From assembly GCF_009914755.1 (NCBI RefSeq), contig NC_060930.1: a DNA stretch of 64,000 nucleotides; one strand, written 5' to 3'. A program made the translations under genes and the position numbers. A model generated the notes under the pieces. The model had not been told where the DNA came from. It did no database searches and saw only the letters and a list, made by a program, of their open reading frames with translations. The DNA comes from the human T2T-CHM13v2.0 reference genome, Homo sapiens. Positions within the stretch are counted from its first letter, which is position 1. Each line of letters begins with the position of its first letter. Positions 50,033-62,780 of the stretch are shown here, one piece after another.

Positions 50033-51681
50033 TTTAACTTTTATTTTAAATTCAGGGGTACGTGTACAGGATGCGCAGGTTTGTTATATAGGTAAACATG
50101 TGTCATGGGATTTGTTTTACAGATTATTTCATCACCCTCTTATTAAGCCTAGTATCCATTAGTTGCTTTTTATCCTCTCCCTCCTCTCACCCTCCACCCT
50201 CCAATAGCCCCAGTGTGTGTTGTTCCCCTCTATGTGTCCATGTGTTCTCATCATTTAGCTCCCACTCAAAAGTGAGAACGTTGTACTTGATTTTCTGTTT
50301 CTGCATTAGTTTGCTAAGGATAATGGCCTCTAGCTGCATCCATGCCCTTGCAAAGGATATGATCTCATGCTTTTTTACGGCTGCATGGTATTCCATGGGT
50401 TATATGTACCACATTTTCTTTATCTAGTCTAACCTTGATGGGCATTTAGGTTGATTCCCTATCTTTGTTGTTGTGAATATTGCTACAATGAACATATGTG
50501 TGCATGTGTCTTTACAACATATGGATCATATGTTCCTTTGTATACATACCCAGTAATGGGATTGCTGAGTAGAATGGTATTTCTGTCTTTAGGTCTTTGA
50601 GGAATCGCCACACTGTCATCCACAATGGTTGAACTAACTTACACTCTCACCAACAGTGTATAAGCATTCCCTTTTCTCTGCAACATCGCCAGCATCTGTT
50701 ATTTTTTCACTTTTTAATAATTGTCATTCTGACTGGTGTGAGATGGTATCACATGGTAGTTTTGATTTGCATTTCTCTGATGATCAATGATGTTGAGCTT
50801 CTTTTAATATGCTTCTTGGTCGCATGTATGTCTTCTTTTGAAAAGTGTCGGTTCATGTTCTTTTTGTTTCTTGTAAATTTATTTAAGTTCCTTATAGATG
50901 CTAGATATTAGACTTTTTTCAGATGCATAGTTTGCAAAAATTTTCTCCCATTCTGTAGGTTGTCTGTTGACTGTGTTGATAGTTTCTTTGGCTGTGCAGA
51001 AGCTCTCTAGTTTAGGTAGATTCCATTTGTCAATTTTTGCTTTCATTGCAATTGCTTTTGGTGTCTTCATCATAAAATCTTTGGACATGTGTATGTCCTA
51101 AATGGCATTGTCTAGGTTGTCTTCCAGGGTTTTTATAGTTTTGGGTTTTATATGTAAGTCTTTAATCCATCTTGAGTTAATTTTTGTATACGGTTTAAGG
51201 AAGGGGTCCAGTTTTACTTTTCTGCTTATGGCTAGCCAGTTATTGCAGCACCATTTATTGAATAGGGAATTCTTCCCCATTGCTTGTTCTTGAAAGGTCT
51301 GTTAAATATCAGATAGTTGTAGGTCTGTGGTCTTATTTCTGGGTTCTCTATTCTGTTCCATTGGTCTAGGTGATCGTTCTTGTACCAGTACCATGCTGTT
51401 TGGTTACTGTAGCAGCATGGTATAGTTTGAAGCCTGGTAGTGTGATGCCTCCAGCTTTGTTCTTTTTAGTTAGGATTGCTTTGGATATTCAAGCTCTTTT
51501 TAGGTTCCACATGAATTTTAAAATATTTTTTCTACTTCTGTGAAGAATGTCAATGGTAGTTCGATAGGAATAACATTGAAGCTATGAATTGCTTTGGGCT
51601 GTATGGCTGTTTTAACAATTAAGATTCTTCCTACCCATGAGTATGGAATGTTTTCCCATTTGTTTGTGTCATCTCTAATTT

Positions 51682-51687
51682 GTGTGG

Positions 51688-51749
<62 letters not shown>
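51682..51749. repeat. Compound (TG)n(AG)n microsatellite at the position of the retrocopy poly(A) tail
   Basis: Seen directly; lies between the left TSD (51675-51681) and a minus-strand AATAAA (51753-51758). Confidence 0.95.
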
Positions 51750-54381
51750 TACTTTATTTTCCAAGTAATACTGATTAAAAATATTTAGACATTTATTTTT
51801 AACCCCACAGTTTAGCACTCTTATTTATATGGCTTTAAAAGTTATAGCACAAGATCTTTACATTAAGGATTGGGGGAAAAGATTCCATTAAAAAAAAGCC
51901 TGATAATTATATACATGTTTTTCCCTGTACTTTATTTTAAATACATTAATTTTTAAATGATGCTCATCTTTTTTTCATCTGGTAGTAAAATACTAGTGCA
52001 ACTTTCAATCAAAATAAAGTTTACCACAGAGGTAAATAAATTTTCTCAGTTGAAATTGGCACTTCGGCTGCCATTAAATAAAATTTCTTAACCGAACTTA
52101 AGCGAAAAATAACTCGTGGTTGTTATTATAGGCAAAAATATAAAGTACTATAGCATTGGCTGCATTGCTCCTTATGACACAGACTTTGAAAGAACCAGAT
52201 GCTTTACAGAAGTTTAGCTGGTTTTGAAACGGCACATGGGTATGGATTTTCTTTTCTTAACATTCTCGAAATTTTGCCACCACCCCTCTCTCTGTTGCAG
52301 AGATGGCATCTGTGACTACTGGGGTAGACAACAACATTTGTTCCAACGAAAGAAAGCCAAAATTTAACTGCACAGTAACAATGCAATGTTCGTCATGCAG
52401 CCTTGTGTTTCCTATATAGTCAATTTTCTAACATGTATTAGAATACATAAACTTGTATTCTAATGATTTAAGTTTGATTTTATAATATGAAAGAAATTTG
52501 AGGAAGAACATGACCTGGGAAAGAGAAGAGGGAGAATTTTTACCACAATGAAAATAGATACAGTCATATGCAACCTTGTATTAAGAATATAATCCACTTA
52601 AGTTTCCAGAAATGTACTTCTCAAAACTCCCCTTAATTTATGGAACAGATCCCTCCTCTGGCATTGAGCTGGGGAAGAGGAATCAATTTGTTTCAACAAA
52701 AACAATTCAGCACAACAACAAATAGCTTAACTTTGGTCCACTTGTCTGTTAGCTTAAGGACAGTCATACTGCCCATAATCCGTTCAAAAACCCAACAAGT
52801 AAATTTAAAAATATATTCATGTGTAATTTCATTCTAAAACCAGCATAGCTGTTCTGTCCTCATTCTCTGCCTTTTCAGCTTCAGAATCCACTGTTGGCTT
52901 GCTCTCTAATCATCAGCATCTTCGTGATCTTCCCTGGCAGCCTCAGCAGCATCTGCTTGGCTAGGTTCTCTCTTCTCTCGGTTCATAGATTTCTGGGGTC
53001 ACGTGGTCCAAGTCTGCTTCTAGAAGTTCAGTTTGTACTTCCACTGGCACCTGATTTATCCATTCAAAGTGAAGCTTCTCTACGTGTACTTCAGTACCTT
53101 CTTCAGTCTGAATTCGACCCACTTCTAGATAACTTATTTGGACCTGCTCTGGAAGCACACTCGTGTGAACAAAGTACCTGGCTGTCCTGGAGCAGATCTG
53201 GATGGACGTGTTCCACAGTCACTTGTGCTGAATCCACAGTCACTTGTGCTGAATCCACCTGGACCTGAAGCAATGGTAGCACACGCACCTTCCCAATTTG
53301 TTATATAATAGTCATTGATATGTCACAGGTTCAGTTTGCACACGTTTCTACTGAAAGAACTTCTTCCATTACTAGACGCTCTGAAATAGTGTCACTGAGA
53401 TGCCTCATTAATTTACTTCCTTGCATAAACCACAAGTCACATAAAGAACAATAGTTGGGTTTACACCCAGTGTGTATTACCAAGTGATCTTTGAACTGGT
53501 CCCAGCTGTTAAACACACTGTTGCAGACATGGCATTTATAGAGCTTCTTTCTTCCTTTTTTGCCTCTATTCCAGTTTGGCATGCAGTGAGGTGACATTTG
53601 AGGGTGCTATTTCTAGCAAATCTTTCATGACAATTTGGACATTCAAAAGGTTTTTCACCTGTATGTTTTCTAAGATGTTCTTTAAAATGTCCAGAACAGT
53701 CAAACTGCTTCTCACAGTACTGACATACATAAACTTTCTTCCCAGTTCTTTGCTTCTTAGTGACTCCACCTTCTTCAAGATGGTAACAATTTAGGTGCTG
53801 TTTCCATGTGCTCTCCCAAAGATACCTTTCATTGCATATTTCACACTTGAAACTCTCAGTAGAGTGTGATTTCATGCGTTCCTTCAAATGATAAAACAAT
53901 TTAAATGAACCATTACATTTCTCACAATGGAACAAGTCCTTCACATGTGAAGGTTGTCACATGTGACAACTGACGTTCCACAGTTTCGATACTTTCTACC
54001 TGTATGCTTGTAGGGTCAGATGCATGGCCATCTTCTTCTTTAATCTGCCCTTTTCTGTCACTTTGATGATACTTGCTGGTAATATCTGCCAACAGTGCTA
54101 GAGCAGAATCATTAGAGGAACTTGTGTTCTGTGTGTACTTTATGGATGCTTGGCAGAATCCACTTCCTCTAATGTTTTGATGCCTTCATCTTCACTTCAA
54201 TTGTGCCTTCAGCAATCTCTACCTCAATTTCAACAGGTTCTGATTCTGCAGATGGCAATGATTCTGTGATAACATTTGAAGTTGCTGCAATCTTCCTTTT
54301 ATTTGGCCACCTTTTTTCTTGTGGTATTTTCCTCTAATGGAGCTGAGTTTTCTTTGTTCCTGACTTCAAGGGCTTTCATAA

Positions 54382-54943
54382 TGAAGCAGGAAATCTTCCC
54401 CGACCCCTTCATGGGTAGGAACTGGTGTGCAGGTGCTGGGGCTAGCCGGCCACTTCGGCACCAGCTGAGGCAAACTCTACTCATTGGAACCGGTTGCACT
54501 CAACCTGCCACAGGAGGGAGCATGCAGGTGAGCGGGCGCAGGAGTCAGGGCAAGTGCTTTTGGGTGCTGGCAGGAGCAAAACTCTATGCGGGCCCTGTGG
54601 ACTCCATATCTGGCAGGACCCTCCATCCCCAGCTGGACTCCTTTCTAAAGCAACACCATCAAGCCGTCCCTTTGAAGTCAAGCTGCTTCTCTCTGATGTC
54701 AAACCAGTCTCTGATGTCCAGCTGCTTCTTTTCTTCTCCGTTCTCTGCCAATGGAGCCTGGGGTTTTTATAGGCACAGGATAGGGGGCAGGGCAGGGCAT
54801 GCTTGGCTTTGGAAATGACATTCGAGTGGGAAAACAGGAAGGCATGCTCTCACTTTGGGTTGCTGTCCCAGGCTTGAGTGTGGGACCCTTGCCGGGGACC
54901 TGTCCTCCTTTGCCCAGAATTTCCCTGCCTCCTGTCCCTGTCA
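54382..54943 (-). mobile_element. ERV1 solo LTR (MER52/LTR27/LTR28 group) inserted in the ZNF131 CDS at the end of the BTB domain
   Basis: TG...CA termini; minus-strand start 'tgacagggacaggaggcagggaaattctgggc'; 4-bp TSD ataa/gtaa. Confidence 0.88.
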
Positions 54944-55330
54944 GTAACTTCTAGCATTTGTACAACTCTGCTGCTTTCCATACATCATTGGCTTCTTCTT
55001 CTCCTGTATCAATTATTTTGCTGTATATGTGAACTGAATTAAATTACAAAAGGTCATTTTACCAACAACTTCTATCTCCACCAAAGGTTCCTGGGTAAAT
55101 TGAAAGAATTTATAGAAGAACTTACTGCAAGCAGCCAAAAGAGCCTTGTGAGCCTTAAAATGGTGTCTGTTGACAATCAGGATGATGTCAGTAAACCAGT
55201 CCTGATCTTGCTGTTTATTCAGTCAGTCGAGGATCATCTGATGATGTTCAGGAAACTTTTGAAAACATTTCATCCTCTCTTCAACCTCCATGGCCATCAG
55301 GTTGCCCTAGTTCATGGTCTGTCCTCCTTC

Positions 55331-56215
55331 TGAAGCAGGAAATTTTCCCTGGCCTTTTTGCAGGCAGGAACTGGAGTGTGGGTCTTGGGGCTAGCTGGCT
55401 GCTTTGGCACCAGCTAGGTCAAACTTCACTCACTCGAACCCACTGCGCTCAACCATTCAGAGGAGGAAGCATGCAGGTGAGCAGGTGCAGGAGCTGGGGT
55501 GAGTGCTTTTGGGTGCCGGCAGGAGCAAAATTCTGTGCGGCCCCCACAGTACCATCTAGGGTGGCGTACCTGCCACCCCCAAGGCCCCTGAGGGCATGTG
55601 TTATAGTGCTCTTTTAGCTTTGCCATCCACAGATAGCTTAACAGCTCAGTGGGGCCTCTGCCTTTTCACATGAGGTGGTTGTTCTCCACCAGCAAGGGCA
55701 GAGGGTCATTGTGACCGCCTTCATCCACACCTGTGGCACCCGAGCTCTTGTCTGGCATCCAGGAAAAATCAGGTCAGATGAGCAAATTGAAGGAAGGCGA
55801 ATGCAGAGGATTTTATTGCTGATGAAAGTGGCCCTCAGAGGGAAGGTGAAGTGAAAAGGGAATGGAGTGAGAAGGTGATTTTCCAGGGAGGACCGGATTT
55901 TTCTCTGAAGCAGTCTGATAGCTGTCAAGCCATCCCTCTGAAGTCAAGCCGCTTCTCTCTGATGTCAAACCACAGTCTCTGATATCCAGCTGCTTCTCCT
56001 CTTCTCCACTCTCTCTGCTGATGGAGCTGGGGGATTTTATGGGCACAGGATTGGGGGCAGGGCAGGCCATGGGTGGTTTTGGAAAAGGCAACATTTGTTC
56101 AGGAAAACAGGAATGCATGTTCTCACTTTGGGCTGCTGTTCCAGGCTTGAGGGTGGGACCCTCGCCAGGGACCCATCCTTTCTACCCAGAATTTCTCTGC
56201 CTCCTGTCCCTATCA
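55331..56215 (-). mobile_element. ERV1 solo LTR (MER52/LTR27/LTR28 group) inserted in the ZNF131 5'UTR
   Basis: TG...CA termini; minus-strand start 'tgatagggacaggaggcagagaaattctggg'; perfect 4-bp TSD cttc. Confidence 0.9.
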
Positions 56216-58743
56216 CTTCCTCTCCTCAAAGCCTCTCATTCCATGCTTTCCCTTCTCATGGCATAATGTACCCCATACCCTTCCCTACCCCTCCATTTCC
56301 CCACAAGAGCCAGGGTTCTCCCTCTTCTCAGGACTTGCTGGTGCAGGTGTGCTCAGTTGGACACCTGGGTGGCCACAGTACCACTAATTTCTTTGAGCAG
56401 TGGTTTGTAGCTCTTCTTGTAGAGATCTTTCACTTCCCTTGTTAGCTGTAATTGTGATGGGATTTGTTTGTGATTTGGCTCTCAGCTTAACTGTTGTTGG
56501 TGTATTGAAAGGTAGCAATTTTTACACATTGATTCTGTATCCTGAGACTTTGCTGTAGTTGCTTATCAACTTAAGAAGCTTTTGGGCTGATATGATGGAA
56601 TTTTCTAGATATAGGATCATGTCATCCGCAAACAGAGATAGTTTGACTTCCTCTCCTCCTATTTGAATGCCCTTTATTTCTTTCTCTTGAATGATTGCTC
56701 TGGCTAGAACTTCCAATACAATGTTGAATAGGAGTGGTGAGAGAGGGCATCCTTGCCTTGTGCCTGTTTTCCAGGTGAGTGCTTATAGCTTTTGCCCATT
56801 CAGTGTGACGTTGGCTGTCGGTTTGTCATATATGGCTCTTGTTATTTTGAGGTATGTTCTTTCAATACCTAGTTTATTGAGAGCTTTTAACATGAAGGAA
56901 TGGTAAAATTTTATCAAAAGCCATCTCTTTATCTATTGAGATAATCACGTGGTTTTTGTCTTTAGTTTTATGTGATGAATCACATTAATTGATTTGTGTA
57001 TATTGAACCAACCTTGCATCCCAAGGATGAAGCCTAGCTCATCATGGTGGATAAGCTTTTGATGGGCTGCTGGATTTGGCTTGCCAGTATTTTGTTGAAA
57101 ATTTTTGCATCAATGTTCATCAAGAATATTGTCCTGAGGTTTTCTTTTTTGTTGTATTTCTGCCATGTTTTGGTATCAAGATGATGCTGGCCTCATAGAA
57201 TAAGTTACGGAGCAGTCCCTCTTTTTCCATTGTTTAAAATAGCATCAGTAGGGATGGTTCCAGCTATTCTGTGTACATCTGGTAGAATTCAGCTGACAAT
57301 CTGTCTGGTCGTGGGCTTTTTTAGGTTAGAAGGCTATTTATTACTGCCTCAATTTCTGAACTCATTATTGGTCTGTACAGGGATTCAATTTCTTCCTGAC
57401 TCAATCTTGGGAGAGTGTATGTGTCCAGGAATTTATCCATTTCTTCTACAGTTTCCAGTTTATGTGTATAGAGGTGTTTATAGTAGTCTCTGGTGTTTGT
57501 TGGTATTTCTGTGGGTTCAGTGGTAATATCCCCTTTATCATTTCTGATTGTGTTTATTTGGATCTTCTCTCTTTTCTTCTTTATTTGTCTAGGTAGTAGT
57601 CTACCTATTTAATTATTTTTTTTCAAAGAATAAGCTCCTGGCCTTGTTGATCTTTTGAATGTTTTCTTGTGTCTCTATCTCCTTCAGTCAAGATCTGATA
57701 TTGGTTATTTCTTGTATTCTGTTAGCTTTGGAATTTGTTTATTCTTGGTTCTCTATTTCTTTTAGTTGGGACGTTAGGTTGTTAACTTGAGATCTTTCTA
57801 TCTTTTTGATATGGGCATTTAGTCCTATAAATTTCCCTCCTAACACTGCCTTAGTGTGTCCCAGAGATTCTGGTATGTTGTATCTTTGTTCCCATTAGTT
57901 TCAAAGAATTTATTGATTTCTGCCTTAATTTCATTATTTATCCACAGTCATCCAGGGGCAGATTATTCAATTTCCATGTAATATATGGATTTTAGTGAAT
58001 TGCTTAATCATAGTTTCTAATTGCATTCATTGTGCTCTGCTCAGAGAGACTGTTTGTTTTGATTTCAGTGTTTTTTTCTGCATTTGCTGAGAAGTGTTTT
58101 ACTTGTGATTATGTGATTGATTTTAGAGTAAGATATTTGGCAATGAGAAGAATGTATATTCTGTTGCTTTTGGATGGAGAGTTCTGTAGATACCTATCGG
58201 GTCCCTTTGATCCAGACCTGAGTTCAGGTCCTGAATATCTTTGTTAATATTCTGTCTTGATAATCTAACATTGTTAGTGGGATGGTAAAGTTTCCTCCTA
58301 TCATTGTGTAGGAGTCTAAGTCTCTTTGGAGGCCTCTAAAAACTTGCTTTATAAATCTGGATGCTCCTGTGTTGGGTACATATATGTTTAGGATAGTTAG
58401 CTCTTCTTGCTGAATTGAACCCTTTACCATTATGTAATGCCCTTCTTTTTTATAATCTTTGTTGATTTAGAGTCTGTTTTGCCAAAAACTGGAATTGCAA
58501 CCACTGGGATTTTTTTTTTTTTTCTGTTTTCCATTTGCTTGGTAAATTTTCCTTCATCCTTTTATTTTAAGCCTGTGGATGTTATTGCATGTGAGATGGG
58601 TCTCTTGAAGACAACATACTGATGGGTCTTGGTTCTTTATCCAGCTTGCCACTGTGTTTCTTAATTGGGGTATTTATCCAATTTATATTTAAGGTTAGTA
58701 TTGTTATGTGTGGATTTGATCCTGTCATCATGATGCTACCTGA

Positions 58744-59075
<332 letters not shown>

Positions 59076-59930
59076 TATGTGGCTGCTTTATAGTGTCACT
59101 GGTCTGTGTACTCCAGTGTGTTCTTGTAATGGCTGGTAAAAGTTTTTCCTTTCCATATTTAGTGCTTCCTTTAGAAGCTCTTCTAAGGCATGTCCGGTGC
59201 TTATCAACTCTCTCAGCATTTGCTTGTCTCTAAAGGATCTTATTTCTTTTTTACTTTTGAAGCTTAATTTGGGCAAATATGAAATTCTCAGTTGGTACTT
59301 CTTTTCTTTAAGAATGTTGAATATTAGCCTCCAATCTCTTCTGGCTTGTAGGGTTTCCACTGAGAGGTCTGCTGTTAGTCTGATGGGCTTCCCTTTGTAG
59401 GTAATCTGGCCTTTCTCTTAGTATGCCCTTACTATTGTTTCTTTCATTTTGACCTTGATTAATCTGATAACTATGTGTCATGGGGATGATCTTCTCCTGG
59501 AGTATCTTACTGGGAATTTCCTGAATTTCCTGCATTTCCTTACTCTGCATTTTCGGAATTTGAATCTTGGCCTGTCTAGCTAGGTTGGGGGAGTTCTTAT
59601 GGATGACATCTTGAAGTAAGTTTTCCAAATTGGTTCCATTCGCTCCATCTCTTTCAGGTACACCAATCAGTTGTAGATTAAGTCTCTATATAATCCCACA
59701 TTTCTCAGAGGTTTTGTTCATTCCTTTTCATTCTTTCTTCTCTGTTCTTGTCTGCCAGCCTGATTTCAGAAAGACAGTCTTCAGGCTTTGAGATTCTTTT
59801 CTCTGCTTGGTCTATTCTGCTATTAATACTTGTGATTGCATTATAAAATTCCTGTACTGTGTTTTTCAGCTCTATCAGATGGGTTACGTTCTTCACTATA
59901 CTAGCTATTTTTACTGTCAGTTCCTGCAAT

Positions 59931-60163
<233 letters not shown>

Positions 60164-62039
60164 CAGTTCCTGCAATGTTTTATCATGATTTTTAGCTTCC
60201 CTGCATTGAGTTAGAATGTGCTCCTTTAGCTCAGTGAAGTTCATTCCTATCCATATCCTGATTTCTCCTCCTGTCATTTCAGCCATCTTAGCCTCAGCCT
60301 GGTTCTGAACCCTTGCTGAAGAGGTAATGTGGTCATTTGAAGGAAAGAGCACTCTGGCTTTTTGAGTTTTTGCATTCTTGATCTAAAGGAGCACATTCTT
60401 TTGCATATTTGTGGGCTTATCTACCATCAATCTTTGGGATTGCTAACATTTGAATGCAGTTTTGGGTTTGTTCTTTGTTTTCTTTTAACTGTCTGGCCAC
60501 TTTTCCATAGGGCTGCTGAGGTTTGCTGGGCATCTGCTCCAGTCCCTAGTTGCCTCAGATTTTCTGGTACCTGAAGATATCACCAGTGAAGCCTGCAAAA
60601 CAGCAAAGTGGCAGCCTGCCCCTTTCTCTGGGAGCTCCATTCCAGTGGGGTACAGACATGTTGCCAGCCCAAATGCACCTGCAGGAGGTCGCTGGAGACC
60701 CTGGTTAGGAGGTCTCGCACAGTCAGGAGGAATGGGATCAGGCTGGAGACCGGAACAGCTAAGTTGCTGAAACAGCAAAGATGGCAGTCACTCTTTCTTC
60801 TAGGAGTCTGTCCCAGGAAATTTTCAAACCTCAGTTGGCCAGAGAACATCGACCCAACTGGCTGGAGGCCCTAGTTAGGAAGTCCTGCCCAGTGAGGGGG
60901 AATAGATCAGAGACCTGCTTAAGGAACCACTCTGTCCACACTTTTGTAGAGCAGCTTTGCCTTACTGGGGTATTGCTTCTGCCCCAGTAGGCTTGGGCTC
61001 GCCAAAGCCGGCAGGCTGGAACAGCAAAGATAGTGGCCCTCCTCTCCTCCCAGGTACTTCATCCCAAAGAGAAATCGAAACTCTGTCTACAGGAGAACAC
61101 AGGCAGAGGTGGCTGTAGGCCCCAGTTTGGAGGTCCTGCCCAGAGATGATGAATGGATTGGGATCCTGTTTAAAGAAATGGTCTGGCCAAATTTTTGTGG
61201 AGCAGCTGTGCTGTGCTGGGGGATCCCTTCTCTCCCCAGTCAGTCTGGACTCTCTGAAGCCTGCAGGCTGGAAAAGCTGGGTCATTCAAACAGCAAAGAT
61301 AGTGGCCCACCCCTCCCGTCAGGAACACCAACCTGTCCTGGGAAGGCACAAAACTATTGCCAGGGACTGGCTGGAATTCCAAGCCAGTGAGTCTTATTCT
61401 GTGAGGCACCATGGAAGTGGGGCCCTCAGACCAATGCTGCTTGGACCCCTGGATTCCACCCCCTTCCTAGGGGTACCTGTGGACCACTTGCCTTCCCTGA
61501 GTTGCAGTCACTTTTACCAGGGATCCTGGAGCCAGAGTATGTAAAGCTCCTGAGACTCTGTGCACACCTGAGTAGCTGCTCTGCTGAGACTTCACACAGC
61601 TCTGTGTGTCAGACTGAAGGCCCCAGTGGAGTGGGTTCATGAGGGGATCTCCTGACACGAGAGTTTCAAAGGTCTGTGGGAGAATCATGGTTTCCCAGGG
61701 TTGCACATTCATTAACCACTTCCCTCGGTAGGGGAGGTTCCCTTGGCTCTGTGTCACGCCTGCATGGGCTGTCACTCTGCCCTGCTTTTCTCCATTCTCC
61801 CTGGGTTGAGCTGTTTCCTTGATCAGCCCCAGTGCAAGTACCTGTATGTTTCAGTTGAAGGTGCTGTATTTTCTGCCCCTTTTGTTCCTCTCCGTGAGTG
61901 CCATGCACCATAGCTGCTTCCAGTCAGTCAACTTGGCCCCACTCCATCAGAGTTTCTTTATCCACTCATTCACTAATGGATACAAAGGCTGTTTTCATAT
62001 CTCGGCTATTTTGAAGAGTGTGAACTTTATCTTTTAAAT

Positions 62040-62780
62040 ATCTTTTAAAAATCTGTCAATTTCTCTCTATTCCCTCCACCAAGACCTAGTTTCAAACTCC
62101 AATCTTTTCTTAGACAGACAACTGGCTGCAGAATGCCTCCCAATGGGTCTCTCTCATCCGTTTTTGACCCTTCCTGATGATTCTTCACACTATAGCCAGA
62201 CTAAACTTTTAAAAATACAAATCTGATTATGGGTAATTTCTGAATAAATTATGGGTAATTTCTGAATAAAATGTATAATGCTCTCACTCAAGATGAAGAA
62301 AAAAATTAACATGGCATACATGGCTTTTCACAACCTGACATCTTACATCTACCTTATTTCTCATCTGACTCCTTGCCTCCTCTTTCCCTGAGTTCCAATT
62401 AAGTTGATATTTTTTAGAATCAAACAGCATAACATGTTTTTTCCTAATTCATTCTGTTCCTTTTACCTATTCTGCCCTACCTGTTATTTAGATTCAGTTC
62501 AAAATTCATTTCCTGAAGGAATCCTCCTTGTACTTCTACATACTCTCATACTTCTTATACTTTCAAATCATAAGTTTATCATGGCTTATAATTATCAACT
62601 TTTGCAATTAATTAATTAATGTCTACCTCCTCAACTAGACTATATGTTTCTTAAGGGCAGCATTCAAGTCCATTTCTATTCGTTGCTCTGTATGAGCAGA
62701 AACACAGTGTCTGGCACATAGTAAATACTCAGAAATATTGTTTCATTCATGCATGAGTGAGTAAATTAATGAATGTTAGC
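62040..62780 (+). mobile_element. L2 3' region
   Basis: 'tgtctacctcctcaactagactatatgtttcttaagggcag...cagtgtctggcacatagtaaatactcagaaatattg'. Confidence 0.75.
62226..62269. repeat. Perfect 22-bp tandem duplication
   Basis: attatgggtaatttctgaataa x2. Confidence 0.95.

Larger units (their letters stand above)
51682..56383 (-). pseudogene. ZNF131: Processed pseudogene of ZNF131 (ZBTB35; BTB plus C2H2 zinc fingers); decayed CDS 55291 to 52829, 3'UTR to about 51750, 5'UTR to 56383
   Basis: Intronless; minus-strand translation MEVEERMKCFQKFPEHHQMILD*...HFKAHKALLAACSKFFYKFFQ...KALEVRNKENSAPLEENTT...KDLFHCEKC...HTGEKPFECPNCHERFARNSTLKCH...VQTELLEADLDHVTPEI...VLE* matches ZNF131 as recalled; stop at codon 23 (55223-55225) and several frameshifts; TSD ctaattt (51675-51681, 56384-56390). 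Confidence 0.95.

Noticed and set aside
54299-54499. LTR-ZNF131 fusion ORF (66 aa)
   Set aside because: The ZNF131 part stops after about 25 codons (…KKVAK*) and includes no domain.
52829-55291. Functional ZNF131 paralogue
   Set aside because: Stop at codon 23, another in the BTB region, an LTR in the CDS and several frameshifts.
54382-56215. LTR-BTB-LTR as a retrovirus that captured a cellular gene
   Set aside because: Each LTR has its own TSD, ZNF131 sequence is collinear across both, and no PBS or PPT was seen, so these are two separate insertions.
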